A stretch of 64,000 nt of DNA from an uncultured bacterium (GCA_964516845.1 CAZEXP010000002.1:61477-125476); one strand, 5' to 3'. Positions 18,422-29,073 are shown, counted from the stretch's first letter. Notes: generated by a model from the letters alone, not told the origin. A program made the numbers and translations.

Positions 18422-19222
18422 TCACGACCCGCTCCGGACGTAGAGTAACGCGTTCCCGGCCTTCCCCACGATCTCGATCGCTCCGGTCTCGCGGAGGCAG
18501 TACGCCATCTTCTGCGCGACCCAGCGGGGGCGGTCGACGGCGTGTCCCAGGGCGGCGGTGTCGAACGGTTCCTCGAGATCGTCAGGGACATACGCGAGCG
18601 CATCCGCGACGGTCGCGATCCGCTCGCGCCCCACGACTTCGATCAGACGCCGCTCGTCGGTGACCCACCCCTTCTTCCTCCACCCCCGCGTCCCGTCGTA
18701 GCTGCGCACCTCCTCCTCGTGCGTCAGCAGAAGCTCAAACTCGAAGTTCGGATGCTTGAGAAGTCTCGGGAGCCGGACGAGCTCGACGAACGCGTCGATC
18801 GGCGTGCAGTGTTTCGGTGAGCGGCGGCGTGTCTCCTTGCCGCGCTTCTTCCGTGGACGCTTGACGATCCACTTCTCCACGGGGAGCGGATGGACGAGCC
18901 GCACGGGGTGCGTCTCCACGAGACGCTCGAGCTTGCGCCGGATCGAGGAGAAGTTGCCGGTCTGGATCTCGATAAGAAGCTCGCCCCTGACGATGTCGAT
19001 GGCGAAACCGTCGACCGGGACCTCGAACCTGTCGCCGGGCTCCGCGTACCATTCCTTAAGTGAGGCGTGGAGCGCCTGCTCGTTGAGCGTCCCGATATGG
19101 GGCGACGCTATCGGCTCGGCACGCTTCGCTGCCTTCTTCGGCTTGTCCGTCGCAGATTTCGCGTGGCCCGCCGACTTCGCCTTCGTCGTCTTCGCCTCTG
19201 TCGCTGCCTCGCCCACGCTCAC
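18422..19222 (-). CDS. Hypothetical protein with Lys/Ala-rich N-terminus
   Basis: 266-aa ORF whose start overlaps the GH38 stop in an ATGA arrangement. No confident family was assigned. A possible nuclease-like 'D..ExQ' motif is speculative. Confidence 0.5.
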   Translation of the reverse strand: MSVGEAATEAKTTKAKSAGHAKSATDKPKKAAKRAEPIASPHIGTLNEQALHASLKEWYAEPGDRFEVPVDGFAIDIVRGELLIEIQTGNFSSIRRKLERLVETHPVRLVHPLPVEKWIVKRPRKKRGKETRRRSPKHCTPIDAFVELVRLPRLLKHPNFEFELLLTHEEEVRSYDGTRGWRKKGWVTDERRLIEVVGRERIATVADALAYVPDDLEEPFDTAALGHAVDRPRWVAQKMAYCLRETGAIEIVGKAGNALLYVRSGS

Positions 19223-22089
19223 TTCCTCTCGAAATCGATCTCGACCGTCGCGATCCCGTGCGCTCCCAGCGTCAGCGCGATCTGGTAGCCGCTGCCGACC
19301 GGAAGCTCACCCTCGCGCTCCTCGAGCAGGTTCGTTCTCCACGCAGCACGTACGCGCCTGCCGAGCGTCAGCGTCTCCTCGACAGGTTCGCCGGCGAGAT
19401 TGCAGAGTCGGACAACGAGCGTGTCCCGTGTCGCGTGCCGCTTGACCGCGGAGACCCGGACCCGGTCGCACGAGTTCGAGAGAAGGCTCGCTCCGCCCTC
19501 GCGCATCCCATCCTCCACGCCCTGCCGGGTCAGCGGCTGGACGCGCCAGCGCTTCGAGAGTGCAGGAAGCCCGGCCTCGAGCGCGTCGCCGGCGAGCGGA
19601 GCCACGGCGTATCGAAAGACGTGCCGTCCAAGACACTGCGCCTCGGACGTGTACAGCGTCGGTCCGGCGTTCTGGCTGCATCGCGTCGGGAAGTCGTCAC
19701 GCGACAGCCACCCGACAGACCTCAGGAGGGTCAGCGAGAGAACGGCTCGACCGGCGGCATCCCGCGATGCCTCGATCTCGGGGAGCCCACGATTGAGGAC
19801 GGCGAGACTGGCGGTGCCATCGCTGACCAGCGAGAACTCCTGCTGGGGTACGGTGGCGGGCGGCGGCTGGACCCAGTCGTCGTGTGGTTCCGTATCGATC
19901 GGCCGCTCGCTGAGCATGAAGTGGCCGTCCGACGTGATCGTGTCCGCCATGATCCCCGTCGGGAAGACTGCCCTGAGCCGGTGGTCCTCCGCGGCATTGT
20001 CGAACTCGAGCGTGACGTCGACCAGCGGCCGCCCCTTCGTGAGCGCCACGGTCACACGAACCCCGCAATCGACCATCTCATCGCTTCTCGCGGACCGATC
20101 GTCCGTTATGCGCGCGGGCAGCCGCAGCGTGAACGATGTCTCGAGCGCGCCCCGGAGTCCAGTGTCGTCGACGATGCGAACCTCGGCGGTGTCGACAACG
20201 CCGGTACAGGGGGCCGCGCTCGCTCCCTCGTCACCTGACGCAATCGTCATCGTGTTCGTGGCCGGCGAGTAGTCGTACTCGTCACCGATGTCCTCGGTGT
20301 CCTCGATAAGGTTCAAACCGGGGCGAACGGTTCCGGTAGCCAGGTCGGTGAGATCGAACGTTCCGTTCGGATGGAGCCGCACCTCGACGAGCTCATTCCG
20401 CAGGGTGCCGCCTTCCACGGTCACGGTCCTCGCGATCACATCCCCCTCGGGTGTGGCGTGCCTGGCGACCCCGGCCCCATCGTCTCCGGCCGCAGCACCA
20501 CCCACGGAACCGTGGGCCACCGCCGGTCCATCGTCCGTCAGAAAGTAGACCGCGTGGCCGAGCGCGGGAAGCTCCGCCTCGAACTCGATGGTCAGGAAGC
20601 AGTCGGCCGTCTCCCTCTCGCTCTCGGGACGCACGATGCGGTCTCCAAACCGCTCCCGGTAGACGTCGAACCACCGTCGCTGCGCCTCCTCCGAGAGGAG
20701 ACCGCGATAGTCGATGCCCCAGAACCGCTCGACGTAGACCTTCTCGACGATCGTGAACGGGACTCCGCGCCGGTCCTCATTGAACAGCCGAAGCCGGTCC
20801 GGATCGATCCCGAGCGGCTGGAGAACGACCATCCTCCGGACGACCTCGGTCCGCCGCATCGGAAGCGGGTTGACCACGCAGATGGCCGTCGCCCGGTCGT
20901 CCGCCTCGTCCCGCGCGAACATCGGCACCATCCCGTCGAGCGTGTTCGACAGCAGCCGGTCCCCGGTCTCGAGAACGCCGCGGAACCTCGGGATCATGTC
21001 GCGGTGAACATCGTCGGTGCTGCACCCGCAGATGGAGTCGTGCGGGTGATTCTTGAGCAGGAGCTTCCATGCGTACTCGATCTGTCCGTCGGGATACTCG
21101 GCCCCGAGCGCGAAGTGGGCGTAGGCGCTGACGGGTTCGAGCGCATCGGCAAGCATGGTCTGCGCGGCGTCGTTCATCTGCTTGAGCGGCATCCGTGCCG
21201 ACCATACGCCCGAGAGAATGTGCGAGTAGCGCCCGCCGAGAAGCTCGCCCGTGTGCCGACTCGTCGCGTATCCGCCGACCTTGATGGCCTCCACGAACTC
21301 CGCGAACCCCGTGTGCGCGAACTCCGTCTCCGGAAACTCCGCCCGAAGCGCCGCAAGCACCTCACCGAACCGCCGCTGCGCCGGGAAGTGGTCGCACCCG
21401 TTCGAGAGCAGATAGACGTCGCCGTTCGACCGCCCGTCCATCTTCTCGAAGAGCTCGCGCACCTTCGCGACCGCCAGTTCGACGTCGACCTCGCGCTTCG
21501 TGTGCGCGTGCCAGATCTCCGACAGGCCGAGTCCGGCCGCGTTGCAGTAGCCGCCGAACTGGTTGATGGCGGTCACCTCGCTCCCGTCGGGAGCGACCCA
21601 CAGGTACTCGAGCCCGAGGTCGTCGAGCTCATCGCCGTTGCCTCTCCAATAGACGAACGAGTCGATCCCAGCGCCGCGAAGCAGCTGCGGCATCTGCGCG
21701 ATGTGCCCGAACGAATCGGGGACATATCCGACCTTCTGGACCGGCCCGAACCGCTCGCACACGCGGTGGCCGAGCTGCAGATTTCGGACGTGCGACTCGG
21801 CGCTGACGAGGAATTCGTCGGGGAGCTCGTACCACGGTCCGATCACGAGAGAACCGTCGCCGACGAGCCGCCTGATGCGCTCCTCGTCCCCCGGGCGCAC
21901 CTCGAGGTAGTCCTCGAGCACGACAGCCTGCCCGTCGAGCACGAAGCAGTGGAAAGCCTCATCCGACTCGAGCGCGTCGAGTACGCCGCCAACGACCCGC
22001 ACGAGGTTCACGCGGAACTCGTGGAACGTCAGATACCACTCACGGTCCCAGTGAGTGTGCGAGACGATGAAAGCCTTGCGTGGCAGCAT
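19219..22089 (-). CDS. Alpha-mannosidase, glycoside hydrolase family 38
   Basis: The N-terminus 'FIVSHTHWDREW' is the GH38 signature. The product is 956 aa. Confidence 0.85.
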   Translation of the reverse strand: MLPRKAFIVSHTHWDREWYLTFHEFRVNLVRVVGGVLDALESDEAFHCFVLDGQAVVLEDYLEVRPGDEERIRRLVGDGSLVIGPWYELPDEFLVSAESHVRNLQLGHRVCERFGPVQKVGYVPDSFGHIAQMPQLLRGAGIDSFVYWRGNGDELDDLGLEYLWVAPDGSEVTAINQFGGYCNAAGLGLSEIWHAHTKREVDVELAVAKVRELFEKMDGRSNGDVYLLSNGCDHFPAQRRFGEVLAALRAEFPETEFAHTGFAEFVEAIKVGGYATSRHTGELLGGRYSHILSGVWSARMPLKQMNDAAQTMLADALEPVSAYAHFALGAEYPDGQIEYAWKLLLKNHPHDSICGCSTDDVHRDMIPRFRGVLETGDRLLSNTLDGMVPMFARDEADDRATAICVVNPLPMRRTEVVRRMVVLQPLGIDPDRLRLFNEDRRGVPFTIVEKVYVERFWGIDYRGLLSEEAQRRWFDVYRERFGDRIVRPESERETADCFLTIEFEAELPALGHAVYFLTDDGPAVAHGSVGGAAAGDDGAGVARHATPEGDVIARTVTVEGGTLRNELVEVRLHPNGTFDLTDLATGTVRPGLNLIEDTEDIGDEYDYSPATNTMTIASGDEGASAAPCTGVVDTAEVRIVDDTGLRGALETSFTLRLPARITDDRSARSDEMVDCGVRVTVALTKGRPLVDVTLEFDNAAEDHRLRAVFPTGIMADTITSDGHFMLSERPIDTEPHDDWVQPPPATVPQQEFSLVSDGTASLAVLNRGLPEIEASRDAAGRAVLSLTLLRSVGWLSRDDFPTRCSQNAGPTLYTSEAQCLGRHVFRYAVAPLAGDALEAGLPALSKRWRVQPLTRQGVEDGMREGGASLLSNSCDRVRVSAVKRHATRDTLVVRLCNLAGEPVEETLTLGRRVRAAWRTNLLEEREGELPVGSGYQIALTLGAHGIATVEIDFERK

Positions 22090-22100
22090 CGGTGGTCCTT

Positions 22101-23183
22101 TCAGATACGGCAGGCTTCGAGGAGCCTACCGACCGTCGCGGTCGCGAGCCCGACGCACGAGTCGGCCGCGCCGTAGTACAGACGGAGCTCACTGTCGGCT
22201 CCGGCGAACCCGTCCGCGTCGACGTCGACGGTGAGCCCGGAGGGGAAGACGACATTCGGCACCTGCCCCATCATCTCCCAGGTCTCGCGCGGCTCGAGCA
22301 CGTTGTCGCGTCCCCGCGCGATGACGCGGGTCGGATCATTGAGATCGAGCAGTACGACGCCCGCCTGGTAGATCCACGAGCTCACGAGGTGCGTGGCGAT
22401 CCCGTGATAGATGAGCAGCCAGCCCTCGCGCGTCTTGACCGGCGGCGGCCCCGGACCGATGAGCTCATCCCAGTAGTGCAGGCGGCCCGACATCACATTG
22501 CCGTCGTAGCGCCAGTTCGCGAGATCGTCCGAGGTCGCGAGTACGATCGTCTCTCCACTCATGGGTCCGTCGCCGACGCGGACACGGTTCGGCCGCAGGA
22601 GCATCGCGTATCGTCCGCCGATGCGCCCGGGGAACAGAACACCGTTACGGACGTCGTCCCAGGCGCCCGCTGCGCTGCCGGGCCCCGACGTGGCGGTGCC
22701 CGATGCGGACGCGCCATCCGCCTGCCCCTCGCCGACCGGACCGACAAGCTCGAGCCGTCTGAAGTCGTCGGTCCGCGCCACGGCGAGCCGGCACGTTGAG
22801 TCCACATCGACCGCGAGCACGACGTACCAGGTCCCGGCGATCCTCGTGATCCTGGCATCGTAGACGTGATGGACCGTCTCGCCCATTCTCTCGAATCCGA
22901 CGAGTTCGACGAGCTCCGGCCGCACCTCGAACACGCCGTCGCCCGGACTCTCGGCCACCATCAGGTGCGTCCTCCGTCCGCGCGTCTGCACGCGGAGGAG
23001 CAGCAGATGCCGTCCGTCGACAAGCGCGGCGCCGGGATTGAAGACCGACGTGGCGTCGATGACGTCAGGCGGCACGTCGGGAATGTCGCCTCGTGAGAGG
23101 ATCGGATTCGACGCGCTCCGTGTGAAGACCATGGGAAACCTCCGCGGGAAACTGCGCTCGGCGGGCCAATCCGCCTCCGGCAC
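22101..23183 (-). CDS. Glycoside hydrolase family 130 (beta-mannoside phosphorylase/hydrolase)
   Basis: 'NPGAALVDG', 'YYGAADSCVGLA' and the 5-bladed beta-propeller GH130 pattern are present. An alternative start lies at 23132. Confidence 0.75.
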   Translation of the reverse strand: MPEADWPAERSFPRRFPMVFTRSASNPILSRGDIPDVPPDVIDATSVFNPGAALVDGRHLLLLRVQTRGRRTHLMVAESPGDGVFEVRPELVELVGFERMGETVHHVYDARITRIAGTWYVVLAVDVDSTCRLAVARTDDFRRLELVGPVGEGQADGASASGTATSGPGSAAGAWDDVRNGVLFPGRIGGRYAMLLRPNRVRVGDGPMSGETIVLATSDDLANWRYDGNVMSGRLHYWDELIGPGPPPVKTREGWLLIYHGIATHLVSSWIYQAGVVLLDLNDPTRVIARGRDNVLEPRETWEMMGQVPNVVFPSGLTVDVDADGFAGADSELRLYYGAADSCVGLATATVGRLLEACRI

Positions 23184-23186
23184 GGC

Positions 23187-25199
23187 CTACTCGCCGCTCC
23201 CGGCATCATCGTGCGACACCGTGCCGTCATCGGCCTCGTCACGCTGCATGACGCGGAGCCGTTTGAGCATCATCCCGATGTCGCGGAACCCGCCGATCGA
23301 GAACCAGAGCAGCACGAAGATCGAGAACACGACCTGGATGAAGAAGTAGATGCGCCAGAAGTTCGCCCACGCCTCGTCGGCGACGTCGTGGTGCATGTTG
23401 TAGATGGTGCCGACGATGAAGATGAGGATCCATATGCCCGTGTGCGCGTAGGTCGCGATGTAGATGATGCGGTCGCCACGGGTGAACTCCCTGCCCATCC
23501 CAAGCATGCGCCATCCGCGCGAGGGCTGCACGCCAACGACCTCGGTCTCCCCCGTCACCGCGTATTTCCCGCGGTGGAGCACGCGGTCAAGATCGGTCGG
23601 CGGCGTCCGCCCCAGCAGAGAGATCGTCACGTACATGAGAGCCGACGCGCCCATCGCGATCGCCCAGTACTGCTGGCCGTTGATGTTGTAGAGCCAGTGC
23701 GTAAGCACCCACCAGAGCTGTCCGACTCTCGAGACGATCAGCGGCGCCGACTCGAACATCTCCGCGGGCAGCTGATGCATGAGGATGCCGCCGACGGCGA
23801 TGCCCGACCCCGTGATCAGGGCGCCCCACGCCGCGGGAGCGGTTCCTCGGCGCCAGTAGAGCCCGCCGATGATGACGGCGCCCGAGCCGCCCGCGAAGAT
23901 GGCGCCCGTGATCGCGAAGAAGAGGAAGATGTACTGGCTCTGCTGGAAGAGCAGGCTGAACATGAAGATGAAGATGGCCACGCCGAGAATGGAGAGTCTC
24001 AGCGCCCGAAGATGCTGGTCGCGGGTGAACGGCTTCTTCCGGAACGGCATCACGACGTCCTGTATGAAGATGCTCCCCCACGAGTGCAGATACGTGTCGT
24101 GCGTGCTGATGAACGCCGCGAGCATCACCGCCGCGAACGCGCCCATCAGCCCGACCGGCAGCAGCATCGTCAGAACGACCGGCCCGCGCAGCTGGTTCTG
24201 GAGCGCCTCGCTCCCGAGGCCCGAGAGCACGCCCTGGACGTTGGTCGCGATCGCACTGAAGTCCGGATGGTGCATGACGGTGTAGATGATGATCGGCACG
24301 AAGAGAATGAACAGGTTCTGCGGGAACCCCTTCCAATTCCCGAGCACGCCCGCCATCTTCGCCTCGTGTGCGTTCTTCGCCGAGCTGTTGTACGCCTGCG
24401 TCCCCTGCCACGACATCGCGCCGTAGACGACGCCGACGATGCCGATGATGAAGTAGAGGAGATTGAAGTCCTCGATGTGACTCGTCTTGAACGGATTGAT
24501 CAGCGACGCCTGTTGTGGCGCCGCCGCAAGCGCCTCGATGATCTGGCTCCAGTCAATCTGCGTGTAGAGATAGAGCACGATGACGATGAAGACGATGTTG
24601 ACGAAGAGACCCTGCGCGAAGTCGGTGATGATGACGGCGACCTGTCCGCCGCTGAACACGAAGAAGAGCGCGAGTATCAGGAGGATGGCCATCACGATCG
24701 GATACGTCGGGACCATGAGGCCGAAGATCGGCAGCGCCGCCGGAAGACCGCAGAAGTAGATGAAGAACCTCGCGCCGACCGCGGGGAAGATGCCGAAGTT
24801 GATCAGTCCGGAGAGGAACGCGATGAGACCGGCGAAGACGCGGAAGTTCTTGCTGTAGCGGGCTTCGAAGAACTGCGCGAGCGTCAGCGCACGGGTCTGC
24901 CGGAACCGGTAGATGACCCATCCCGAGACCGTCAGGATGAGGATCACGACGCTCATCGTGAATCCCCACCACGTCATCGAGAACCCGGCGACGTAGTTCA
25001 TCTCGAGCAGCCCGACGATCGTAATGGCGCCCAGGCCCGCGATGCCGGTGGCGATGCTGATCGCGTAGCGTCCGGCCGTCCGTCCCGCCGCGAGGAAGTC
25101 GGCGACGCTCCTCATGTGCTGCCGACTCAGGAAGACGCCCACGATCATGACGCCGAGGACGGCGATGACGATACTCCAGTCGACTGGCGCCATGTTCAT
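23187..25199 (-). CDS. Sodium:solute symporter (SSS) family transporter
   Basis: It has more than 12 TM helices and the SSS N-terminal region 'FLAAGRTAGRYAISIATG'. The start is at 'MNMAPVDW', preceded by GGGGGAG. Confidence 0.8.
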   Translation of the reverse strand: MNMAPVDWSIVIAVLGVMIVGVFLSRQHMRSVADFLAAGRTAGRYAISIATGIAGLGAITIVGLLEMNYVAGFSMTWWGFTMSVVILILTVSGWVIYRFRQTRALTLAQFFEARYSKNFRVFAGLIAFLSGLINFGIFPAVGARFFIYFCGLPAALPIFGLMVPTYPIVMAILLILALFFVFSGGQVAVIITDFAQGLFVNIVFIVIVLYLYTQIDWSQIIEALAAAPQQASLINPFKTSHIEDFNLLYFIIGIVGVVYGAMSWQGTQAYNSSAKNAHEAKMAGVLGNWKGFPQNLFILFVPIIIYTVMHHPDFSAIATNVQGVLSGLGSEALQNQLRGPVVLTMLLPVGLMGAFAAVMLAAFISTHDTYLHSWGSIFIQDVVMPFRKKPFTRDQHLRALRLSILGVAIFIFMFSLLFQQSQYIFLFFAITGAIFAGGSGAVIIGGLYWRRGTAPAAWGALITGSGIAVGGILMHQLPAEMFESAPLIVSRVGQLWWVLTHWLYNINGQQYWAIAMGASALMYVTISLLGRTPPTDLDRVLHRGKYAVTGETEVVGVQPSRGWRMLGMGREFTRGDRIIYIATYAHTGIWILIFIVGTIYNMHHDVADEAWANFWRIYFFIQVVFSIFVLLWFSIGGFRDIGMMLKRLRVMQRDEADDGTVSHDDAGSGE

Positions 25200-25301
25200 A
25201 CAGCTCTCCCCCGGGATGTTGGTGTGATGCGCCCCAACCGCGCGCGCGTCGTGCAACGGTCGACCACGGAGATGCTCTCCGCCCGGGCCGACCCGCGACG
25301 G

Positions 25302-26450
25302 CTAGTGGATGTGACCGTCCTCCGAAACACGAAGCGAGGTGCCGTCCGAACCGGTGACCTCCGCCTCGAACGTCCTCGGCGTGACGTGAATCGCCGGCGG
25401 CCAGACGACACCGTCGACGGGCGCGTCCGGCAGCCCAAGCTCCTCGACGTCGTCCGAGTACGCGCCATGCCGGCCGAAGTGGGTCCGCTCGGCGTAGTAG
25501 AGCTCCATGAGCGCCGAGCAGGCCGGCAGACTCAGCGGCCGCATCGGCATTCCCTCAAGCGTTCCAACGGGGCTCGACGAGAACGACACGAAACCCCACA
25601 TCTCCGGATAGTGCATCGCGATGAGGCCCTGCGGCGACCAGACCCAGTTGTCCTCCGCGAGCGCCCGCCCCGTCTCGGCGTCGACCGACTTCTCGTAGCC
25701 GCCATCGACGATGTCGGTCCGCCATTCGACGCGGGAGAAGTTCACGCGCCACGCGTCCCCCGATTGCGGCGGGCACGCCCGGTGCGCGCATTCTTCGAGA
25801 ACAACCCACGGGATCGCGATCTCCACCGTCCACCCCTCGTCCTCGTCGGACGGGTCGTTCAGGGTCCCGTGGACGTGAACGCCGGTGCGAAGCCCCTGGA
25901 TGTCCCACGAGTCGATCGCGGTGCCGTCGTCGCGATACGGTTTCGTAAGGAGAAGGTCCCACTCGGTTCCGAAGGCGTTCACCTCGAGCTCGTAGTACTC
26001 GTGCGTGTCGGCGTCGGGATCGATGAAGACCTCGAAGTCGTTGTCATGATAGATGACCGCGTCGCGGTCGGTGAGCTTCGCCCAGACGTGCGGTTCGATC
26101 ATCCATGCGGCCACGTAGAAGTAGTCTTCGTCCCACAGCATGGCCGCGGTCGTCTCGAACCTCGGCGCATGACGCGCCCCCCCCTGAATATCCACGAAGG
26201 GCTCGGTGCGGACGGCCATCTTCCACACGTCCTCGTCGAGCATCCCGTCGACGACGGGCGGCGTGAAAGCGCGTTGACAGACGTAGATCCTCGGCAGGCA
26301 GGCGATGGCGGGTGCGGGGAACACGTAGTCCGGGTCACCCGTGGCCTCGCCGGCGAGGGCGACTCCGCGCGTCAACCCGAGGACGGTCGGAATGAGGAGC
26401 GCACCGAGAACGAGCGCGAGCATGCACTGTGACGTGGATCGAGACGTCAT
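25302..26450 (-). CDS. Secreted CBM9-like (family 9 carbohydrate-binding / DOMON-like) protein
   Basis: It has a signal peptide and the CBM9-like motifs 'WDEDYFYVAAW' and 'NDFEVFIDP...YYELEVN'. Confidence 0.65.
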   Translation of the reverse strand: MTSRSTSQCMLALVLGALLIPTVLGLTRGVALAGEATGDPDYVFPAPAIACLPRIYVCQRAFTPPVVDGMLDEDVWKMAVRTEPFVDIQGGARHAPRFETTAAMLWDEDYFYVAAWMIEPHVWAKLTDRDAVIYHDNDFEVFIDPDADTHEYYELEVNAFGTEWDLLLTKPYRDDGTAIDSWDIQGLRTGVHVHGTLNDPSDEDEGWTVEIAIPWVVLEECAHRACPPQSGDAWRVNFSRVEWRTDIVDGGYEKSVDAETGRALAEDNWVWSPQGLIAMHYPEMWGFVSFSSSPVGTLEGMPMRPLSLPACSALMELYYAERTHFGRHGAYSDDVEELGLPDAPVDGVVWPPAIHVTPRTFEAEVTGSDGTSLRVSEDGHIH

Positions 26451-26524
26451 CACGGCCTCTTCTCTCTCGAGCGTCGATACCGGCAGGTGATGTCTGAGTA
26501 TACACGAAGTTGCCCCGCGGTGGG

Positions 26525-29068
26525 CTATGCGTGGCGGAAGACGACCAGCCCGTCGTTCGCGGCGCGGCATGCCGAAAGCGCAGCCGCCGTGGTTCCGAGT
26601 CCGCTCCCCCACCTGACGGAGAACCGGAATTCGTGGAACCCGCCGACCGAGGCGGCGAAGTTCGTCTCCCAGAAGTTGTTCATCAACCATGCGTAGAGAT
26701 GCTGCGGATCGTCGGCGAGGCGCGGGTCTCCTGCCAGAAGGCGTTCTCCGAATGCGAGAGGCCCGACCTGCAGCAGATGACAGTCCGGCATGGAGACCGC
26801 GACACCCGTCCGGCCCGTCGAGCCGACCTGGTCGCTCACAAGCGCGAATCCGTCGTCGACCGCGTAGTAGTCGGTGAGCGTTCCGGGGATCTGGTCGACG
26901 CGCGGGCGGACGGCCGCGCCGACTTCCAGCGCGCCGGCCTTCGCAAGCCAGAGCTGCTCACACGAACCGGCGGTGAACGGAAGCGAGAGGTAGACGTTCT
27001 CGGGCTCCCAGACGCTGTCCTTGTGGAGCCGTACTGCGACATCGACGCGCGGCTCGTCCTCGTACGCCGCGAGTTCTAGCAGGAAGAGACTGCAGCCCGC
27101 GACGCCGTAGTCCAGCGTCACGCTCGAGACGACCGGCCCGTCGATTCGCGTCTCCTCACCGATGAGACACCCGGCACTCCGCATGACGTTCTCACCCTTG
27201 CGGTTGAGCCCCATCGCCGCGCGAACGCCGCGCGCCTCGCCCCGGCCGTGCATCGGCGTGACCTCGTAGACCGGCGTGAAGGCCCCGTGGACCCGATCAG
27301 AGCGCAGGAGATCCGCTCCGCACGCCCGATCGATCCACCGCACGATCCCGTCACCGGGAACCCACTCGATGCGGACGTGGCCGGTCTCGAGAACCCCGGC
27401 GCCCGGCCCTGCCAGAAAGCCGGCGCCCGTCCCTGCCGGCGCCGTGCCGTCCTCCGCACGGCTCGTGTGGTCACTCTCACTCGACCCGTCGCACGGCTCA
27501 CTCCCCGCGACCGGCTCGACGACGATCTCCCGCCGCCCACCCGGACCGAGATCGAGCCGCACGAGGTATTCGCCTCCCATCGGGACGCCCACCATCTGCG
27601 ACCGCAGCACCTCCCCGCTCGCGGCGTCCAGTACCAGCGCGCCGCGGTCGAGCCCCAGCTCGTTGAACTCGTAGTGACCGACCGGCAGTCGCGCCAGGCC
27701 GCTGAACCGAGACTTGAACGGGTTGATGACCGTGTAGCGCAGCGCGACTCCCACGGCAAGCCCGGCCGCGCCCAGTCGCTCGAGCGCTGCGTCCTCGAGA
27801 CCGACCACGGCGTCGTGCGCGACGGCTGCGTACGCCTGCTTCCGACCGGATATCGACGAGACAAGCGCGTGCCACGGGTCGGACATTGCATTCGAATGAC
27901 TGAAGGTGTGCTCCGCGTAGAGCAGAAGATCGTCAATGACCGTTCGCTCTGCTGCACGATCGGGTCGCACCGTGCCGCGGTCGGCGGACTCCACATCACG
28001 ACCACTGGACGCCGGCTCGCCGCCAGCCAGATCATCCTCCGCGCACCGTCGGATCGCGCGCACGCGTCTCAGCCGCCGCTGCGCCTCCCGCATGAGCCTG
28101 GTGCCGGTCGGGTTTCCGCCGGGACCGTCGGACCACCAGTCGGGCCAGTCGCCGCGATGGATCGGCAGCTGCGCGCCGCGCTCGGCAAGCTCGGCGCGCA
28201 GCGAAGCGAAGAACCCGGACAGCGTCATCATCTCGATACGGCAGACGTCCTCGTGCTCGGTGTTCCAGCGCTCGATCATGTCCGCGATCCGCTCCGACGG
28301 CGGCCCGTTGTCGGTCCTGAGACCCGACACCATCACGGGGATGACATTGACTTCGTATCCGCGCTCCCGGAGTCCGTCGATGTACCGCGGGATGCGCAGC
28401 TCGGCCACGCCCCAGTGGTCGTGGTAGATCATCTCCGCGTCGCACTCGTCCTTGGTCAGATAGGACGCGGCCGCGCCGGGCGCCAGACCCAGCTCGTTCC
28501 CGAAGTGGTAGTGCTCGCCGCTCCACACGAGCACGCGCCCGCCGGACGGCGTCTCCCACCAGAACGGAACCTGTGTGCCACCCAGCGGATACATTCCGTG
28601 GTGCGTGTGGACGCACGAGAAGAGGTTCGTTACACCGAGCGCGAGCATCGCCTCCGCGTAGCCCCATCCGTATCCGTTGATGTCGGCCGTCATCGCGGAG
28701 TCGACATCGACACCGATAGCACGCCCGAAGTCCCGCGCACGGCTGAACGCATCGAGCAGAAGGTCGTACCCGATGAATTCATTGAAGTTGAGATAGCTCG
28801 CCGAGACTCCTATCGAACCGGCCCGGACGGCGCCCTCGAAGCGCTCGCGCTCCGCCGCTCCGGCGACGGCCAGAAACCGCTCGATAGCCCAGAAGGATTC
28901 GCACGTCCACACGAATCCGTCAAAGGCGGGCCCCCGCCTGTCCGCCGTTCTCTCGGCGATGGCGAGGGCCTGTCGAATGAAGTCCACATGACGCTGCCCG
29001 ATGCGGCTCTGCAGGTCGGTGTAGCCGATGTCGGTGTGCGAGTGGTGGATGACGCAGAGCTTCGTCAC
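26525..29068 (-). CDS. Glycoside hydrolase family 38-like alpha-mannosidase (second copy)
   Basis: 'HHSHTDIGYT' is a GH38 N-terminal catalytic-domain motif. The product is 847 aa. Confidence 0.75.
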   Translation of the reverse strand: MTKLCVIHHSHTDIGYTDLQSRIGQRHVDFIRQALAIAERTADRRGPAFDGFVWTCESFWAIERFLAVAGAAERERFEGAVRAGSIGVSASYLNFNEFIGYDLLLDAFSRARDFGRAIGVDVDSAMTADINGYGWGYAEAMLALGVTNLFSCVHTHHGMYPLGGTQVPFWWETPSGGRVLVWSGEHYHFGNELGLAPGAAASYLTKDECDAEMIYHDHWGVAELRIPRYIDGLRERGYEVNVIPVMVSGLRTDNGPPSERIADMIERWNTEHEDVCRIEMMTLSGFFASLRAELAERGAQLPIHRGDWPDWWSDGPGGNPTGTRLMREAQRRLRRVRAIRRCAEDDLAGGEPASSGRDVESADRGTVRPDRAAERTVIDDLLLYAEHTFSHSNAMSDPWHALVSSISGRKQAYAAVAHDAVVGLEDAALERLGAAGLAVGVALRYTVINPFKSRFSGLARLPVGHYEFNELGLDRGALVLDAASGEVLRSQMVGVPMGGEYLVRLDLGPGGRREIVVEPVAGSEPCDGSSESDHTSRAEDGTAPAGTGAGFLAGPGAGVLETGHVRIEWVPGDGIVRWIDRACGADLLRSDRVHGAFTPVYEVTPMHGRGEARGVRAAMGLNRKGENVMRSAGCLIGEETRIDGPVVSSVTLDYGVAGCSLFLLELAAYEDEPRVDVAVRLHKDSVWEPENVYLSLPFTAGSCEQLWLAKAGALEVGAAVRPRVDQIPGTLTDYYAVDDGFALVSDQVGSTGRTGVAVSMPDCHLLQVGPLAFGERLLAGDPRLADDPQHLYAWLMNNFWETNFAASVGGFHEFRFSVRWGSGLGTTAAALSACRAANDGLVVFRHA

Positions 29069-29073
29069 GTCGA

